The position numbers and the translations under genes are program-made. Below are positions 63,682 to 64,000 of a DNA stretch of 64,000 nt, piece by piece. Origin of the DNA: Patescibacteria group bacterium (GTDB taxonomy: Bacteria; Patescibacteriota; Minisyncoccia; Minisyncoccales; RBG-13-36-15); the NCBI GenBank assembly GCA_018609195.1, contig JAHCSE010000004.1:8474-72473 (forward strand), read 5' to 3'. How positions within the stretch are numbered: the first letter of the stretch is position 1; every line of letters begins with the position of its first letter. The notes below the pieces were generated by a model, which made no database searches, was not told the DNA's origin, and saw nothing but the letters and a program-made list of their open reading frames with translations.

Positions 63682-64000
63682 GTGAAAACAATTTCAAAGA
63701 TTAAAAAGCAACTACTGGAAGAAATAGAAAGCTTAAAAGATGAAAGGGGATTGATTCAAGCCGGTCTCCCTCGTTATGACCGGTTTTTTGGTCGTGATTC
63801 TCTTATAACTTCTTGGCAGCTTTTACCTATTCAACCTGACATCTGTCGTCAGACCTTAAAAACCTTAGCTTTCCTTCAAGGAAAGAAAATCGATAAGCAA
63901 AGTGAAGAAGAACCAGGCAAGATAATTCACGAAACTCACTGGAAATTAAAATGGAATCCAGACCTTACGAAGGTACCCTTTCCTTATTATGCTTCGGTCG
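63682..64000 (+). CDS. 5' part of an amylo-alpha-1,6-glucosidase / glycogen-debranching-like gene (runs off the window)
   Basis: GTG 63682 preceded by AAGGAG. Open to the window end. FFGRDSLITSWQLL...EEPGKIIHE resembles the N-terminal region of bacterial GDE-type enzymes (from memory, unverified). Confidence 0.5.
   Translation, partial: MKTISKIKKQLLEEIESLKDERGLIQAGLPRYDRFFGRDSLITSWQLLPIQPDICRQTLKTLAFLQGKKIDKQSEEEPGKIIHETHWKLKWNPDLTKVPFPYYASV

Overview
This is an AT-rich bacterial fragment using the standard code: TAA, TAG and TGA all terminate conserved genes. Compact housekeeping genes, weak Shine-Dalgarno usage, two type IV pilus (T4P) loci and many small repeat families suggest a small-genome CPR/Patescibacteria-like organism; that placement is inference only. 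Layout: (1) 1-10.1 kb, T4P locus 1: pilN-like fragment, pilO-like, pilB, receiver-only regulator, pilT, pilC, two major pilins (one with a dockerin-like tail), pilD and four minor pilins. (2) 10.3-13.6 kb: ligA and a SEDS (FtsW/RodA) gene. (3) 13.6-22.6 kb, accessory segment: candidate sRNA, GIY-YIG gene, a roughly 1,620-codon HTH/TM/collagen/tail-fibre/S74 gene split by one in-frame TAG, a RelE-type TA pair and an O-antigen-ligase-like/TPR protein. This segment is bracketed by inverted copies of a hairpin-plus-promoter element. (4) 22.7-51.2 kb, core genes: rpoB, rpoC, ftsK, recA, rpsF-ssb-rpsR, ychF, trpS, RNase J, tRNA-Leu, OppA-like SBP, secG, uvrC, uvrA and groES-groEL. (5) 51.2-59.7 kb, T4P locus 2: sensor-less histidine kinase, receiver-only regulator, pilB2, pilC2, four minor pilins, pilM and a pilin. 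(6) 59.9-64 kb: lemA, htpX, a zinc-ribbon protein, tRNA-Ser, a Nudix hydrolase, an MscS-like channel and a partial glucosidase-like gene. The main non-genic signals are four. First, a 4-copy structured repeat of about 140-215 nt with compensatory stem changes lies in the ligA and uvrA leaders, antisense in the groES-groEL spacer, and downstream of the OppA-like gene. Second, GC-rich palindromic mini-insertions are read in frame inside ligA, ychF, rpoB, rpoC and uvrC. Third, there are AT-rich word-palindrome spacers. Fourth, there are two promoter/terminator-bounded candidate sRNAs. All calls come from reading the sequence and the ORF track; no database search was run.
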